The notes: generated from the letters alone by a model not told the origin. A DNA stretch of 46,126 nucleotides from Halodesulfurarchaeum sp. (GCA_042218225.1 JBDGRH010000070.1:1-46126), one strand, 5' to 3'. Shown: positions 8,388-18,480, numbered from the stretch's first letter. Translations and numbers: made by a program.

Positions 8388-10010
8388 ATGGGCGTGGATT
8401 ACGAGTCCGCTCGCGACACCTTCGAGTGGAACATCCCCGAGGACTACAACCTCCCTGCCGTCATCGCCGCGCACGCGTCGGCGTTCGGGGACCGGGTGGC
8501 AGTGCGGTACCGCGACGCCGAGGGCTTCGAGGCGAGCCGGACCTACGGGGAGCTGCGCGACGACATGAACCGGTTCGCGAACGCGCTCGAGTCGCTCGGA
8601 GTGGGCAAGGGCGATCGGGTGATGCACCTCTTCCCCCGACATCCCGACGCGTTCGCGGTCCAGCTTGGCGCGCTGAAGCGCGGGGCCCTCCTGGTCCCCT
8701 GCTCGGAGATGCTCAAGCCCAATGACATCGCGTTCCGGGCGAACGACTGCGAGGCGACGACGATGGTCGCCCACGAGTCCCTCACGGACATGGTGGAGCC
8801 AGTGGCGGATGAGACCCCCCTGGAGACCTTCATCAGCCTCGATGGAGATGTCCAGGGATGGGAGCGGTTCGGCGACCTGGTCTCCGGACGGGAGACCGAA
8901 CACGACGGGCCGTCACTCGGCGCCGACGACCCGATGTCCATCAACTACACCTCCGGCACGACGGGGAAGCCGAAACCCGTGCTCCACCGGCACCGATGGA
9001 TGTACGCGTTCAACGCGGTCAATGGTCCGTACTGGTGGGGGGTCACGTCCGAAGACGACCTCTCCGAGGAACTCCTCTGGGCCACGACCGGGACCGGCTG
9101 GGCCAAATGGTTCTGGAGCCCGGTGGGCGTGGGCCTCACCACCGGCGCGACCCAATTGATCTACGAGGGCGAGTTCGAGCCGGCGACGTTCCTCGACATC
9201 ATGGAGCGGGAGGGCGTCACCCGCCTCTGCGCCGTCCCGACGCAGTACCGGATGTGGGCCCAGGAGGACCTCTCGGCGTGGGACCTGGACCTCACGGACG
9301 CCCTCTCGGCCGGCGAGCCGCTCAACGTGGAGCCGATCGAAGCATTCGAGGAGGCGTTCGGCGTCACTCCGCGGGACGGATACGGCCAGACCGAGACCGT
9401 CGCCCTCGTCTCGAACTACCCGGGGATCGACGTGAAACCCGGGAGCATGGGGAAGCCGACCCCGGGACTGGAGACGACGATCATCGACACCGTGGACGAG
9501 GAGGAGGTCGAGCCGGGAGACATCGGCGAGATCGCGGTGCCCGTCGACAATCCTGGCATCTTCGACGGGTACTATCAGAAGCCCCACCTGGACGATCAGA
9601 CCTTCGGCGGGGAGTACTATCGGACGGGCGATCTGGCCCGGATGGACGGGGACGGCTATTTCTTCTTCGAGGGACGCGCGGACGACATCATCATCTCCTC
9701 GGGCTACCGAATCGGCCCCTTCGAGGTCGAGGACGCCCTGGTCAGCCACGAGGCCGTCTCCGAGGCGGCCGCCGTCGCCAGTCCGCACGACGAGCGGGGG
9801 AACGTCGTCAAGGCGTACGTCGTGTTGACCGACGGGTACGAACCCAGCGAGGAGCTGCAGACGGAGATCCAGTCGTTCATGAAGGAGCAGACGGCCCCAT
9901 ACAAGTACCCCCGACGGATCGAGTTCGTGGACGAACTCCCGAAGACGTCGAGCGGGAAGATCCGGCGGATCGAGCTCAGGGAGGAGGAGAAAGAGCAGTT
10001 CGGCGAGTGA
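8388..10010 (+). CDS. Acyl-CoA synthetase (AMP-forming, medium-chain/acetate-CoA ligase family)
   Basis: YTSGTTGKPK P-loop, DGYGQTET, YRTGD, GRADD, RIGPFEVE and LPKTSSGKI motifs. Confidence 0.95.
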   Translation: MGVDYESARDTFEWNIPEDYNLPAVIAAHASAFGDRVAVRYRDAEGFEASRTYGELRDDMNRFANALESLGVGKGDRVMHLFPRHPDAFAVQLGALKRGALLVPCSEMLKPNDIAFRANDCEATTMVAHESLTDMVEPVADETPLETFISLDGDVQGWERFGDLVSGRETEHDGPSLGADDPMSINYTSGTTGKPKPVLHRHRWMYAFNAVNGPYWWGVTSEDDLSEELLWATTGTGWAKWFWSPVGVGLTTGATQLIYEGEFEPATFLDIMEREGVTRLCAVPTQYRMWAQEDLSAWDLDLTDALSAGEPLNVEPIEAFEEAFGVTPRDGYGQTETVALVSNYPGIDVKPGSMGKPTPGLETTIIDTVDEEEVEPGDIGEIAVPVDNPGIFDGYYQKPHLDDQTFGGEYYRTGDLARMDGDGYFFFEGRADDIIISSGYRIGPFEVEDALVSHEAVSEAAAVASPHDERGNVVKAYVVLTDGYEPSEELQTEIQSFMKEQTAPYKYPRRIEFVDELPKTSSGKIRRIELREEEKEQFGE

Positions 10011-10238
10011 ACGACCGGGCTGGGCGACGGGCTACCAGCGCCGACGAACGGGTACCATCCACCCGACCGACGACTCGCGGATAACTCGTTGCGGTCGCGA
10101 CGTCGTTTCCCTTCGGACTGCCACTCGGTCTCGCGGCGAGCAGGGAATCAGGGACCTGTTCGGCCGACCCGAGCACGTCGCATTGTTGCCACTCGGTGTG
10201 GATGACGGTGAAGAACCTGCTCCCCGAGCGGCGAAGAC

Positions 10239-10508
10239 CTAATCCAGGGTGACCTCGGCCTCGGCCGACTCCTCCTCTGCGGGGCCGGAGAGGGTGTAGA
10301 GGTTCTGCCTGGCGTCTGGCACGTAGATGTTCTTATCGACGATGCTCCGGTCTTGGAGGCGCTCCAGGGCGTCTCGCACCGTCCGCTGGGACAGCCGGGA
10401 CTTGTTCACGATCTGCTTCTGTGTCAGCCCGCCGTTGTACTCGAGGACCTTCAGGACGAGTTTCGCACTGGGCGGGAGGTCTCGAATCTGTTGGTCGGGT
10501 AGCGCCAT
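10239..10508 (-). CDS. Small winged-helix (MarR-like) transcriptional regulator
   Basis: DLPPSAKLVLKVLEYNGGLTQKQIVNKSRLSQRTVRDALERL...DARQNLY, a haloarchaeal wHTH family; TTATAAAG TATA ~28 nt upstream on the minus strand. Confidence 0.85.
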   Translation of the reverse strand: MALPDQQIRDLPPSAKLVLKVLEYNGGLTQKQIVNKSRLSQRTVRDALERLQDRSIVDKNIYVPDARQNLYTLSGPAEEESAEAEVTLD

Positions 10509-10760
10509 TCTAGGTGTACCAAAGATATGAGGGCCTTTATAATCTCGGTATTCGCTACGTGATGGGATTACGGTTGGTAACTTCCCATTATAATTGGGGT
10601 ACAAATGAGGTGGGTCGGTTGGCTGAATGTCGGGTTTCTATGCGGGCAATTGCGGGGGCCGCTGGGGTGATTGTCATCTCAGAACTCCTCCACTCCGCAA
10701 TAACCTGGCAAAAATCTTTCAGTCTGGGCAACCGACCGTCTGTCGGCCACCGCGGGTCTC

Positions 10761-11498
10761 TTACTCCTCGGTCTCGTCGGGAGCGGACTCCGCATCCGCG
10801 GTCTCGGCTTCCTCCTCATCCTCCTCCTTCTCCTCCTCTCGATCCGTCCCTTCCTGGCTCTCCTCGTCGGGCGCTTCTGTCTCGTCCTCGTCTCCCGTAG
10901 CTTCTTCAGCAGCCGCGGAATCCCCCTCGTCCGTTGTGTCGACGTCGGCCGCTGCTGTTTCGTCCTCCTGGTCCTCCTCGACCAGGTGGTCCGCTGCAGG
11001 TTCATCCTCGGTATCCGCTTCCGAATCCGCCTCCACATCGGCCTCCGCGTCGGACACTTCCTCCGCCTCGGCCTCCGCGTCGGACACTTCCTCCGCCTCG
11101 ACCTCTGCGTCGGACTCTCCCTCTGTTTCGGCTGGTGTATTTACGTCTTCATCCTCCGCCGATTCGTCCACTGTCGTATCCGGCTCCTCGGGTTCCTCCG
11201 CAGAGATGGAGCCGTCTTCACCGTTGCTTCCGGGAGCTGCGGACCCCGCTGCGTCCTCGTCGTCCGTCGACGACTCGACCGACGCTTCGGGCCGGTCATC
11301 GACGACCTCTGCCCGGTAGCCGGCGAAGTCGATCGCCTCGAGGATCTCGGACTCCGCCGCCTCGCCGGTCACCACGACCGTGCTCTCGTGTCTGTCGGCT
11401 TCGGCCTCCTCGACGCCGGACACCTCCGTGACCGCGGTCTCGATGATGTCCTCACAGCCCTCGCACGTCATCGACGCGACGCGCAACGTCGTTGCCAT
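10761..11498 (-). CDS. CopZ-like heavy-metal-associated (HMA) protein with long acidic C-terminal extension
   Basis: N-terminal MTCEGC metal-binding motif in a ~65 aa HMA fold ending AGY, followed by ~180 aa dominated by D/E/A/S/T; downstream of copA. Confidence 0.85.
   Translation of the reverse strand: MATTLRVASMTCEGCEDIIETAVTEVSGVEEAEADRHESTVVVTGEAAESEILEAIDFAGYRAEVVDDRPEASVESSTDDEDAAGSAAPGSNGEDGSISAEEPEEPDTTVDESAEDEDVNTPAETEGESDAEVEAEEVSDAEAEAEEVSDAEADVEADSEADTEDEPAADHLVEEDQEDETAAADVDTTDEGDSAAAEEATGDEDETEAPDEESQEGTDREEEKEEDEEEAETADAESAPDETEE
11041..11115. repeat. 30-bp in-frame tandem duplication inside the acidic tail
   Basis: GCCTCCGCGTCGGACACTTCCTCCGCCTCG exact at 11041-11070 and 11071-11100, degenerate partial third copy; encodes EAEEVSDAEA units. 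Confidence 0.9.
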
Positions 11499-11560
11499 GG
11501 CCGCGGCTTGGGGACCGGAGGTTTAGGGCGTTTCGGGTTGGTGTCGCGGGCGTTGCGGGA

Positions 11561-14137
11561 TCAGCGCCCGCGAAGTCCGGCCAGGATCCGATAGTCCCGG
11601 TCCGGGGTGTACCGCCGGAAGAGGAGGCTGTTCGTGAGCACGCTCACGCTCGAGCTGGCCATCGCAGCGGCGGCGAGCACGGGCTGCAGGAGCCCCAGCG
11701 ACGCCAGCGGGATCATCACCGTGTTGTACCCGAGCGCCCAGAACAGGTTCTGCTTGATCTTCTCCAGGGTAGCCTCGGAGATGCGGATCGCCTTCAGGAC
11801 GTCGAGGGGGTCATCCCGCATGAGCGTTACATCCGCGGCCTCGATTGCGACGTCCGTCCCGCTGCCGATGGCGGTGCCGACGTATGCTGCTGCGAGGGCG
11901 GGCGCGTCGTTGACCCCGTCACCGACCATCATCGCCTCCCGCCCGTCGGCCTGGATCTCCTCGATGGCGTCCGCCTTGTCCTCGGGAAGGACCTCCGCCT
12001 TCACGTGGTCGGGGTCGATCCCGACCTGCCGGGCGACCGCCCTGGCGGTGCGCTCGTTGTCCCCAGTGATCATCCAGACGTCCAGGTCGCGCTCGGCCAG
12101 TGCGTCCACGGCCTCCTCTGCCTGCGGTTTGATGGTGTCGGCAGTCGCGACGACGCCGGCCAACCGCCCATCGACGGCCACGAGCATCGCGGTCTTGCCC
12201 TCCTCCTCGAGAGAGGCGAGCGTGGACTCGGCCGATTCGACCGGGATGCCCTCGTCCCCGAGGAGCTTCCGATTGCCAACGACGACCTCGCGGCCGTCGA
12301 CCGTCGCCCGGATGCCGTGTCCGGGGACGTTCTCGAACGTATCCGGGTCGGCGAGGTCCAGCCCCCGATCTTCCGCCCCCGCGACGATCGCCTGGGCGAG
12401 TGGATGCTCGCTTCCGGTCTCCGCACTGGCGGCAAACCGGAGCACCTCCTCCTCGTCGAGGGCCTCGATGGCCGCCTGCCCGCCGTCTGCCGCGACGCCA
12501 TCGACCGGCCTGACGTCCGTCAGCTGCATCTCACCCTCCGTGAGCGTCCCGGTCTTGTCGAACACGACGGAATCGACGTCACGGACACGCTCGAGGATGT
12601 CCCCTCCCTTGAAGAGGACCCCGTTCCGGGCGCCGATGGAGGTCCCGACCATCGTCGCGGCCGGGGTGGCCAGGCCGAGCGCGCAGGGACACGCGATGAG
12701 GACGGCGCTCGCGAAGACCACCACGGCGAATTCGAACACGGAGACCGTTCCACCCACGACCGCCGGGCCGCCGGCGACGATCCCCCAGAGCGGAAGGGCC
12801 TGTACGAAACCGGCGAGGACCTCGGGGAAGAGCGCCCAGAGGCCCGCCCAGAGCAGTGCATTCGCGATGACGGCCGGCACGAAATACGCGCTGATGGTGT
12901 CCGCGAGGTTCTGGATCTCCGGCTGGCGGGACTGGGCCTCGCGGACCATGTCCACGATCTGCTGGATGGCCGTCTCGGCCCCGACCTTGGTGGCCCGGAC
13001 CGTGAGGACGCCGTTCTGGTTGATGGTGGAGCCCACCACCTCGTCGCCTTCGCCCTTCTCCACGGGCACCGATTCGCCGGTGACCATGGATTCGTCCACG
13101 GCACTCTGGCCGTCCACCACGACCCCGTCGGTGGGGATCTTCTCGCCCGGACGAACCTTCAGCAGGTCGCCCTCCTGGACCGCGGAGAGTTCGACCTCGG
13201 TTTCCGTACCGTCAGGGCCGATGACCGTCGCGGTGTCGGCCTCCATCTCGAGGAGCTGTTGGATGGCCTGGCTGGCCTGGCCCTTCGACCGCGCCTCGAG
13301 GTAGTTCCCGAGGGTGATGAAGACGAGGATGAGCGCGGCCGAGTCGAAGTAGAGTCCGCCCGGTATCAACCCCAGGAGGACCGCCACGGAGTACGCATAG
13401 GCCGTGGTGGATCCGAGGGCGATGAGTACGTCCATGTTGGCCGTCCGGTTCTTGACGACCGCCGTGTAGGAGTTCCGGTAGAACTCCCGACCGAGGACGA
13501 CCTGGACGGGCGTTGCGAACCCGAACGCGAGCCACCCGAGCGGGATGCCCAGGATTGACTCCGGCAGGAGGGACGGGAAGAGGAGGTGCTCGAAGAGCAT
13601 GAACACGAGCGGGATGGAGAGGGCGGCCCCGAAGAGGACGAGGCGTCGATGCTTCCTGATCTCGGCTTCTCTGGCGGCCGCCCGACGTTCGGTCCCGGAG
13701 GTCTCGTCCCCGGCCTCCTCCCGGACGGGACTATACCCCGCGTCCTCGATGGCCCCGTAGAGGGTTTCACGATCGACGTCGGCGGGATTGTACGCTACGG
13801 TTGCCTCGTCTGTCGCATAGTTCACGTCGGCGGAAAGAACGCCAGGTGTGTCCAGAAGGGAGGATTCGACGGTCTCGGCGCAGTTCGCACAGTGCATGTC
13901 CGAGATACCGATCGAGATGCGTTCGCTCACCGCTCCGTAGCCGGCCTCCCCGATCGCCTCGTAGATGTCCGAAAGGGAGACACGGTCAGGATCGTACTCG
14001 ACCGACCCCTCTTCCGTGGCGAAGTTCGCGTCCGCGGCTTCGACCCCATCGAGGGCCTCCACTGCGTCCTGGACGGTGGCTGCGCAGTTCGCACAGCTCA
14101 TCCCGGTCAGCTCCAGACGGGCCTGTCTCATGGTCAC
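11561..14137 (-). CDS. copA: Cu(I)-translocating P1B-type ATPase
   Basis: Two HMA domains (GMSCANC, DMHCANC), [29 protein letters not shown] and the P1B-1 YN / MASSS signatures. Confidence 0.96.
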   Translation of the reverse strand: MTMRQARLELTGMSCANCAATVQDAVEALDGVEAADANFATEEGSVEYDPDRVSLSDIYEAIGEAGYGAVSERISIGISDMHCANCAETVESSLLDTPGVLSADVNYATDEATVAYNPADVDRETLYGAIEDAGYSPVREEAGDETSGTERRAAAREAEIRKHRRLVLFGAALSIPLVFMLFEHLLFPSLLPESILGIPLGWLAFGFATPVQVVLGREFYRNSYTAVVKNRTANMDVLIALGSTTAYAYSVAVLLGLIPGGLYFDSAALILVFITLGNYLEARSKGQASQAIQQLLEMEADTATVIGPDGTETEVELSAVQEGDLLKVRPGEKIPTDGVVVDGQSAVDESMVTGESVPVEKGEGDEVVGSTINQNGVLTVRATKVGAETAIQQIVDMVREAQSRQPEIQNLADTISAYFVPAVIANALLWAGLWALFPEVLAGFVQALPLWGIVAGGPAVVGGTVSVFEFAVVVFASAVLIACPCALGLATPAATMVGTSIGARNGVLFKGGDILERVRDVDSVVFDKTGTLTEGEMQLTDVRPVDGVAADGGQAAIEALDEEEVLRFAASAETGSEHPLAQAIVAGAEDRGLDLADPDTFENVPGHGIRATVDGREVVVGNRKLLGDEGIPVESAESTLASLEEEGKTAMLVAVDGRLAGVVATADTIKPQAEEAVDALAERDLDVWMITGDNERTARAVARQVGIDPDHVKAEVLPEDKADAIEEIQADGREAMMVGDGVNDAPALAAAYVGTAIGSGTDVAIEAADVTLMRDDPLDVLKAIRISEATLEKIKQNLFWALGYNTVMIPLASLGLLQPVLAAAAMASSSVSVLTNSLLFRRYTPDRDYRILAGLRGR

Positions 14138-14171
14138 TGGTCTATGTTACGGACTCCATGTTCATGCCGAT

Positions 14172-14218
14172 TGTCCCTTCGAAGATTCGGGACAGCTGGG
14201 GAGAATATTTACAATATT
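14172..14218. promoter_or_regulatory. Candidate operator elements in the copA promoter
   Basis: Inverted repeat TGTCCC-N11-GGGACA (14172-14194) and AATATT-TAC-AATATT (14204-14218) upstream of copA. Confidence 0.45.
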
Positions 14219-14349
14219 AAGTGAGCAGGCTTCCCCGTTCCGAGTCAGTGGGGTGTCAGGTTACGGGCTGGGTCCTTCCCGGTTCTCCCTTCTCGTTCCC
14301 TCACCGTTTGGTTCCGGTCAACGTTCGTTCCGAAACCCACCGTTCCCGC

Positions 14350-14937
14350 TCAACTCCCGGCGGACAGCTCTTCGTAGCGCTCCCGGAACTGCGACTCGCA
14401 GGATGGACAGCAGAACTGCTTGATCTCTCCCCCGATCCGCGCGGTCACCCCTTCGCTGGTGACGGTATTCCCACACTCGTCACAGAGGAGCGCCAGGTCC
14501 GTCGCCCCGACGGCTGGTGTCCAGTGGGCTTCACTCAGGAGTTCCACGTCGACGTCCCGGAGCCCATCGATGTCCAGGACTGTCTGGAGCCAGGACCGGA
14601 CGTTCTGCGGGGCGTTCGCGTGCACAACGACCTCCCCACTGGCGGTAACAAACAGATGCTCAACTGCCTCCTCCTCGGAGAGTCGCTCCTTCACGTCACC
14701 GATCGCTCCCGGGGCAAGTGACAGGCGGATCAGCACCGACGTCCCCTCTCGAAGCTGTTGCCGGTCCAGATCGGCCGTGAACCGACGGATGACACCCTGC
14801 TCCTTGAGCCGGGCGACCCGATCCGACACCGCCGGGGCCGAAAGCCCCACCTCGTCGGCGATCTCCCGATATGGACGTCTCGCATCCTCGACGAGCAGGC
14901 GGAGGATCTCGACGTCTGTTTCGTCAAGGTCGTGCAT
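14350..14937 (-). CDS. Lrp/AsnC-family regulator with C-terminal TRASH metal-binding domain (CopR-like)
   Basis: LDETDVEILRLLVEDARRPYREIADEVGLSAPAVSDRV HTH; CDECG...FCCPSC TRASH motif; adjacent to copA. Confidence 0.92.
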   Translation of the reverse strand: MHDLDETDVEILRLLVEDARRPYREIADEVGLSAPAVSDRVARLKEQGVIRRFTADLDRQQLREGTSVLIRLSLAPGAIGDVKERLSEEEAVEHLFVTASGEVVVHANAPQNVRSWLQTVLDIDGLRDVDVELLSEAHWTPAVGATDLALLCDECGNTVTSEGVTARIGGEIKQFCCPSCESQFRERYEELSAGS

Positions 14938-15151
14938 AGCGGTACAAATGGCCCGGGCTTCATACGTCTTTGTGAGACGGCGGAACACCGTGGGACGGAG
15001 CGGCACTGACGGCCCAGAACACGAGGGTAATGGAAGACTGGCGACGGGCGGTGGGACGGATAGAACGCGTGGTTCTGTGAGCCGATCACCCGGAATATCC
15101 TGCCTTTGGAAGGGGTGAACACTCTTGTCGGTCCCCGTCGATGGATTGCAT

Positions 15152-15388
15152 ATGGCCTCGTCCCCCGGGGAGGACGAGTGGATCTGTCGCCGCTGCGGCC
15201 AGGTAAACGACAAGACGGTTTCCGTCTGTCCCAACTGTGATACCCCTTCGACGAGGCGGCAGGGACCAGCACCTCGGGCGGGATCGCCGAGAACCGGCCG
15301 CGACCTCCTTGACTGGACGACCATCGCGGTCATCCTCCTGGTGGCCACGGCGATCGTCCTTCTGGCGTATCTCGCAGGCCTTCAATGA
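15152..15388 (+). CDS. Small zinc-ribbon protein with C-terminal transmembrane anchor
   Basis: WICRRCGQVNDKTVSVCPNC plus hydrophobic WTTIAVILLVATAIVLLAYLAGL; ATG at 15152. Confidence 0.75.
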   Translation: MASSPGEDEWICRRCGQVNDKTVSVCPNCDTPSTRRQGPAPRAGSPRTGRDLLDWTTIAVILLVATAIVLLAYLAGLQ

Positions 15389-15475
15389 ACACCCTCCTTG
15401 GACGTCCGCTATCGCTTCCTTCCCCCTCGATGTCTGACGACAGTTTAAGTACCAGGACCGGACAATCCCCGGGTA

Positions 15476-17119
15476 ATGGACCGAACCCGACGACGAGCCC
15501 TGGGATACGTGGGGCTCCTGCTAACCGTGGTCGTCGGGTACACCGTGGCTTACAAGGTCGGGATGGCGGTGTTCGAGGGAGAGTCACGGTCGCTCCTCGA
15601 GTCCCTACAGATCGTCATCGAGACCTTCACCACGACCGGTTACGGGGAGGACGCCCCCTGGCGATCCCCGGGCATGCTGGCCATCGTCGTAGCCATGCAG
15701 CTCACCGGCGTGTTTCTCATCTTCCTGACCCTCCCTCTGTTCGTGGTCCCATGGGTGGAGCGCCGCCTCCAGGTGCAGCCGCCGACCTCCTTCTCCGGCA
15801 CCGATCACGTGGTCATCTGCGGATTCAGTGAGCGGGGTGAGGCGCTCATCGACGAGCTCGACGCCCAGGACGTCCCGTACGTGATCATCAGCCACGAGCG
15901 GGACCGCGCCAGGGACCTCTACGAGTCCGGGTACACCGCGATGGTCGGTAATCCAGAATTGACAGACACCCTCCGAAAGGCCGATATCGAGGAGGCTCGG
16001 GCCGTCGTCCTCGACCGCGCGGACGAGACGAACGCCACGGTCGCGCTCTCCGTCCGGGAGGTCGCCCCGGACGTGCGACTCGTCGCATTCATCGACGACC
16101 CCTCCCTCTCCCGATACCTCTCCCTGGCGGGGGTTGATGACGTGTTACAACCCAGAGACCTGCTTGGCCGGGGACTGGCCGATAAGGTCACCAGCGCGAT
16201 CACCACCCAGCTGGGCGATACCATCGACATCGGCGGTGACATCGAGATCATCGAGTTGCCAATCCAGCGTGGAAGCGAACTCGACGGGGTGACCCTCGCG
16301 GAGAGCGGAGTGAGAGAGCGGACGGGGGCGAGCATCATCGGTGCCTGGATGGGCGGAGAGTTCGTTCCGAACCCCGGACCAGACACCGAGCTCTCCGGAC
16401 AGGACGTCCTCTTGGTCTCCGGTCGACCGTCACAGCTTTCCTCTCTGATGGACCTCACGCTCACACCGGAGCGAGAGACCACGCGAGAGGTGATCGTTGC
16501 GGGGTACGGGGAGGCGGGCCGGGCGGTGGCGGAGACTGTGATCGACGCGCACCTCACGTGTACTGTCGTCGACCTCGAGGACCGGCCGGGGGTGGACGTG
16601 GTCGGGGACGCCACCGCGGCGGACACCCTGGTCGAGGCCGGCATCGACACGGCGGACGCGGTGATATTCACCCTCGGAGACGACACCGAGACAGTCTTCG
16701 CGACGCTCGTCGCCAGGGACACCAACAGCGAGGTCGAGATCCTCTGTCGGGCCGACGACACCGAGAGCGTTCCCAAGCTCTACGCCGCGGGGGCCGATTA
16801 CGTGCTCGCCCTCGCAACCGTCTCCGGGCGGATGCTGGCCGAGACCATCCTCGGCGAGGACGTCATCACCTATAATACCCAGATCGACGTCGTCCGCTCG
16901 ACTGCCCCCCGATTCGAGGGGTCGACCCTCGCCGAAGCGGCTGTCAGGGCGCGGACGGGCTGTACCGTGATCGCCGTCGAACGGAACGGGTCCGTCGTGA
17001 CCGATCTGGGGCCCGAATTCCGGATCGAGGCGGGAGACGAGCTCGTGCTCGCTGGAGCAGACGAGGACATCGCCACGTTCCACCGGATCGCCGGTGTCAG
17101 ACCGGAGGAACCAGCGTGA
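15476..17119 (+). CDS. Potassium channel with tandem RCK (TrkA-N/TrkA-C) domains
   Basis: Two TM helices around the pore motif TFTTTGYG; two RCK-N (ICGFSERG, VAGYGEAG) and two RCK-C domains; TTTAAG TATA at 15444-15449. Confidence 0.92.
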   Translation: MDRTRRRALGYVGLLLTVVVGYTVAYKVGMAVFEGESRSLLESLQIVIETFTTTGYGEDAPWRSPGMLAIVVAMQLTGVFLIFLTLPLFVVPWVERRLQVQPPTSFSGTDHVVICGFSERGEALIDELDAQDVPYVIISHERDRARDLYESGYTAMVGNPELTDTLRKADIEEARAVVLDRADETNATVALSVREVAPDVRLVAFIDDPSLSRYLSLAGVDDVLQPRDLLGRGLADKVTSAITTQLGDTIDIGGDIEIIELPIQRGSELDGVTLAESGVRERTGASIIGAWMGGEFVPNPGPDTELSGQDVLLVSGRPSQLSSLMDLTLTPERETTREVIVAGYGEAGRAVAETVIDAHLTCTVVDLEDRPGVDVVGDATAADTLVEAGIDTADAVIFTLGDDTETVFATLVARDTNSEVEILCRADDTESVPKLYAAGADYVLALATVSGRMLAETILGEDVITYNTQIDVVRSTAPRFEGSTLAEAAVRARTGCTVIAVERNGSVVTDLGPEFRIEAGDELVLAGADEDIATFHRIAGVRPEEPA

Positions 17120-17243
17120 GCGTCGGCGTGGGTCCGACCGGAGGCACGAACCGCAGGCGGGCGGGCGACCGTCCACTGCCATCCACATATACTTATGTGG
17201 TGTGGGCATACACCTACGCACGAGAACCCACGCGGCGACCCAA

Positions 17244-17921
17244 ATGTCGGCCACTCCCGAACAAATGAGCTACGAACTCGATGGCGCCCTTCCGCCGGAC
17301 GTACTGAGCGACATCGAGCCGGGCACGAACGTCTTGGTCTCCGGTCCGCCGATGTCGGGCAAGCGAGAGCTGATGCTTCGCATCCTCGCCAGTGGGGTCA
17401 CGTCCGGCGACGGGTCGGTGGTGGTGACGACCGGCGATCCCGCGGGGGATATCACGTCGGAGTTCGATGACCATCTGGATACCGACACCTCGTTCCTCCG
17501 GGTCATCGACTGTGTGAGCTCCCAAGGTGGGGGATCAGTCGAGACGGACAGGGTCCGCAGCGTGAGCTCCCCGGGGGATCTGACCGGGATCGGGATCGAG
17601 TTCTCGGAGATCGCCCGCGAGGCCGAATCCGCCGGCGTGGACCGACTCCGGATCGCCTTCGACTCCGTCTCACCGCTTTTGATGTACGTGGACCTGCAGC
17701 GGCTCTTCCGGTTCCTCCACGTCTTCACGAGCCAGATCCAGTCGCGGGGCTGGCTCGGCCTGTTCGCCATCGACCCAGAAACCCACGACGAGCAGTCCGT
17801 CAACACCATCAGCCAGCTCTTCGACGGGATGATCGAGATCCGTCTCCAGGACGAGGGGGGCCGGGAGGTCAGAACGCGCGGCCTGGAGAACGCATCGACG
17901 GAATGGGTCGCCATGGAGTGA
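17244..17921 (+). CDS. KaiC/RAD55-like RecA-superfamily ATPase (single domain)
   Basis: PGTNVLVSGPPMSGKR Walker A-like motif, IAFDS Walker B, SSPGDLTGIGI and QLFDGMIEIR. Confidence 0.82.
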   Translation: MSATPEQMSYELDGALPPDVLSDIEPGTNVLVSGPPMSGKRELMLRILASGVTSGDGSVVVTTGDPAGDITSEFDDHLDTDTSFLRVIDCVSSQGGGSVETDRVRSVSSPGDLTGIGIEFSEIAREAESAGVDRLRIAFDSVSPLLMYVDLQRLFRFLHVFTSQIQSRGWLGLFAIDPETHDEQSVNTISQLFDGMIEIRLQDEGGREVRTRGLENASTEWVAME

Positions 17922-18043
17922 TCGGTTTCCCGCCCCGGGGACGGTACCGGATCGAGGCCGTCAACGGACCAGTTTCGGGGGAAAGAGGACGTCAGCGCCT
18001 TTCGAGTGGGCCGCGGGAAGAAATACTTCCCCGCCTCCGGCGT

Positions 18044-18445
18044 CTAACGGTGGGCCCTGGCGATGCGTTTTGCCAGATCGGCGCGTCGCCTTCCAAACCT
18101 GAGGTGTGTGTCACAGGTGCAGTCGGAGGCCCCGATTCCCGGGATCGCCTCGCCACCGATGGATGCGGCGATCTCGCACTCGGCCTCGCTGCCTTCGGTG
18201 GTCCAGACAGCATCGAGGGAGGAGCTTCCCTCTCCAAGGAGATAGTCCACGTGCCAATGTCGGGTCTCCCGTTCCCCGCTGGCGATCTCCCGGTGGCGTT
18301 CGACGCGCCGGAATCCACCCGGACCCAGGGCACTTCCCGTGTAGGCGTACCAGCCGGCCTCTAGCTCCCGGACACCGGCGGCACCGAAGGTGATGGACCG
18401 GGGCACGGGAAGCTCGATCAAGAGCGTGTAGGTTCCGGCTGACAT
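18044..18445 (-). CDS. GIY-YIG (Uri superfamily, DUF123-like) nuclease
   Basis: GTYTLLI, GWYAYTGSA..GG, RVERH, HWHVDYL and GASDCTCDTHL motifs. Confidence 0.85.
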   Translation of the reverse strand: MSAGTYTLLIELPVPRSITFGAAGVRELEAGWYAYTGSALGPGGFRRVERHREIASGERETRHWHVDYLLGEGSSSLDAVWTTEGSEAECEIAASIGGEAIPGIGASDCTCDTHLRFGRRRADLAKRIARAHR

Positions 18446-18480
18446 GACTGCTTGGTCCGGACGATCGCGTTCGGGAGTGG

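Noticed and set aside
11492-13558. 688-aa and 565-aa plus-strand ORFs opposite copA, and similar long ORFs opposite hbd, rbcL, the ABC genes, the acylase, the peptidase and lhgO
   Set aside because: Antisense or alternate-frame shadows expected in high-GC coding DNA; no recognisable motifs, and they fully overlap well-supported genes.
14295-14346. GTTCC recurring at a 15-16 bp period downstream of the Lrp-TRASH gene
   Set aside because: The core is only 5 bp with divergent flanks, too weak to distinguish from chance or decayed slippage.
18044-18445. GIY-YIG gene as a homing endonuclease or mobile element
   Set aside because: A short stand-alone DUF123-like gene with host codon usage and no intron, intein, terminal repeats or target duplication.
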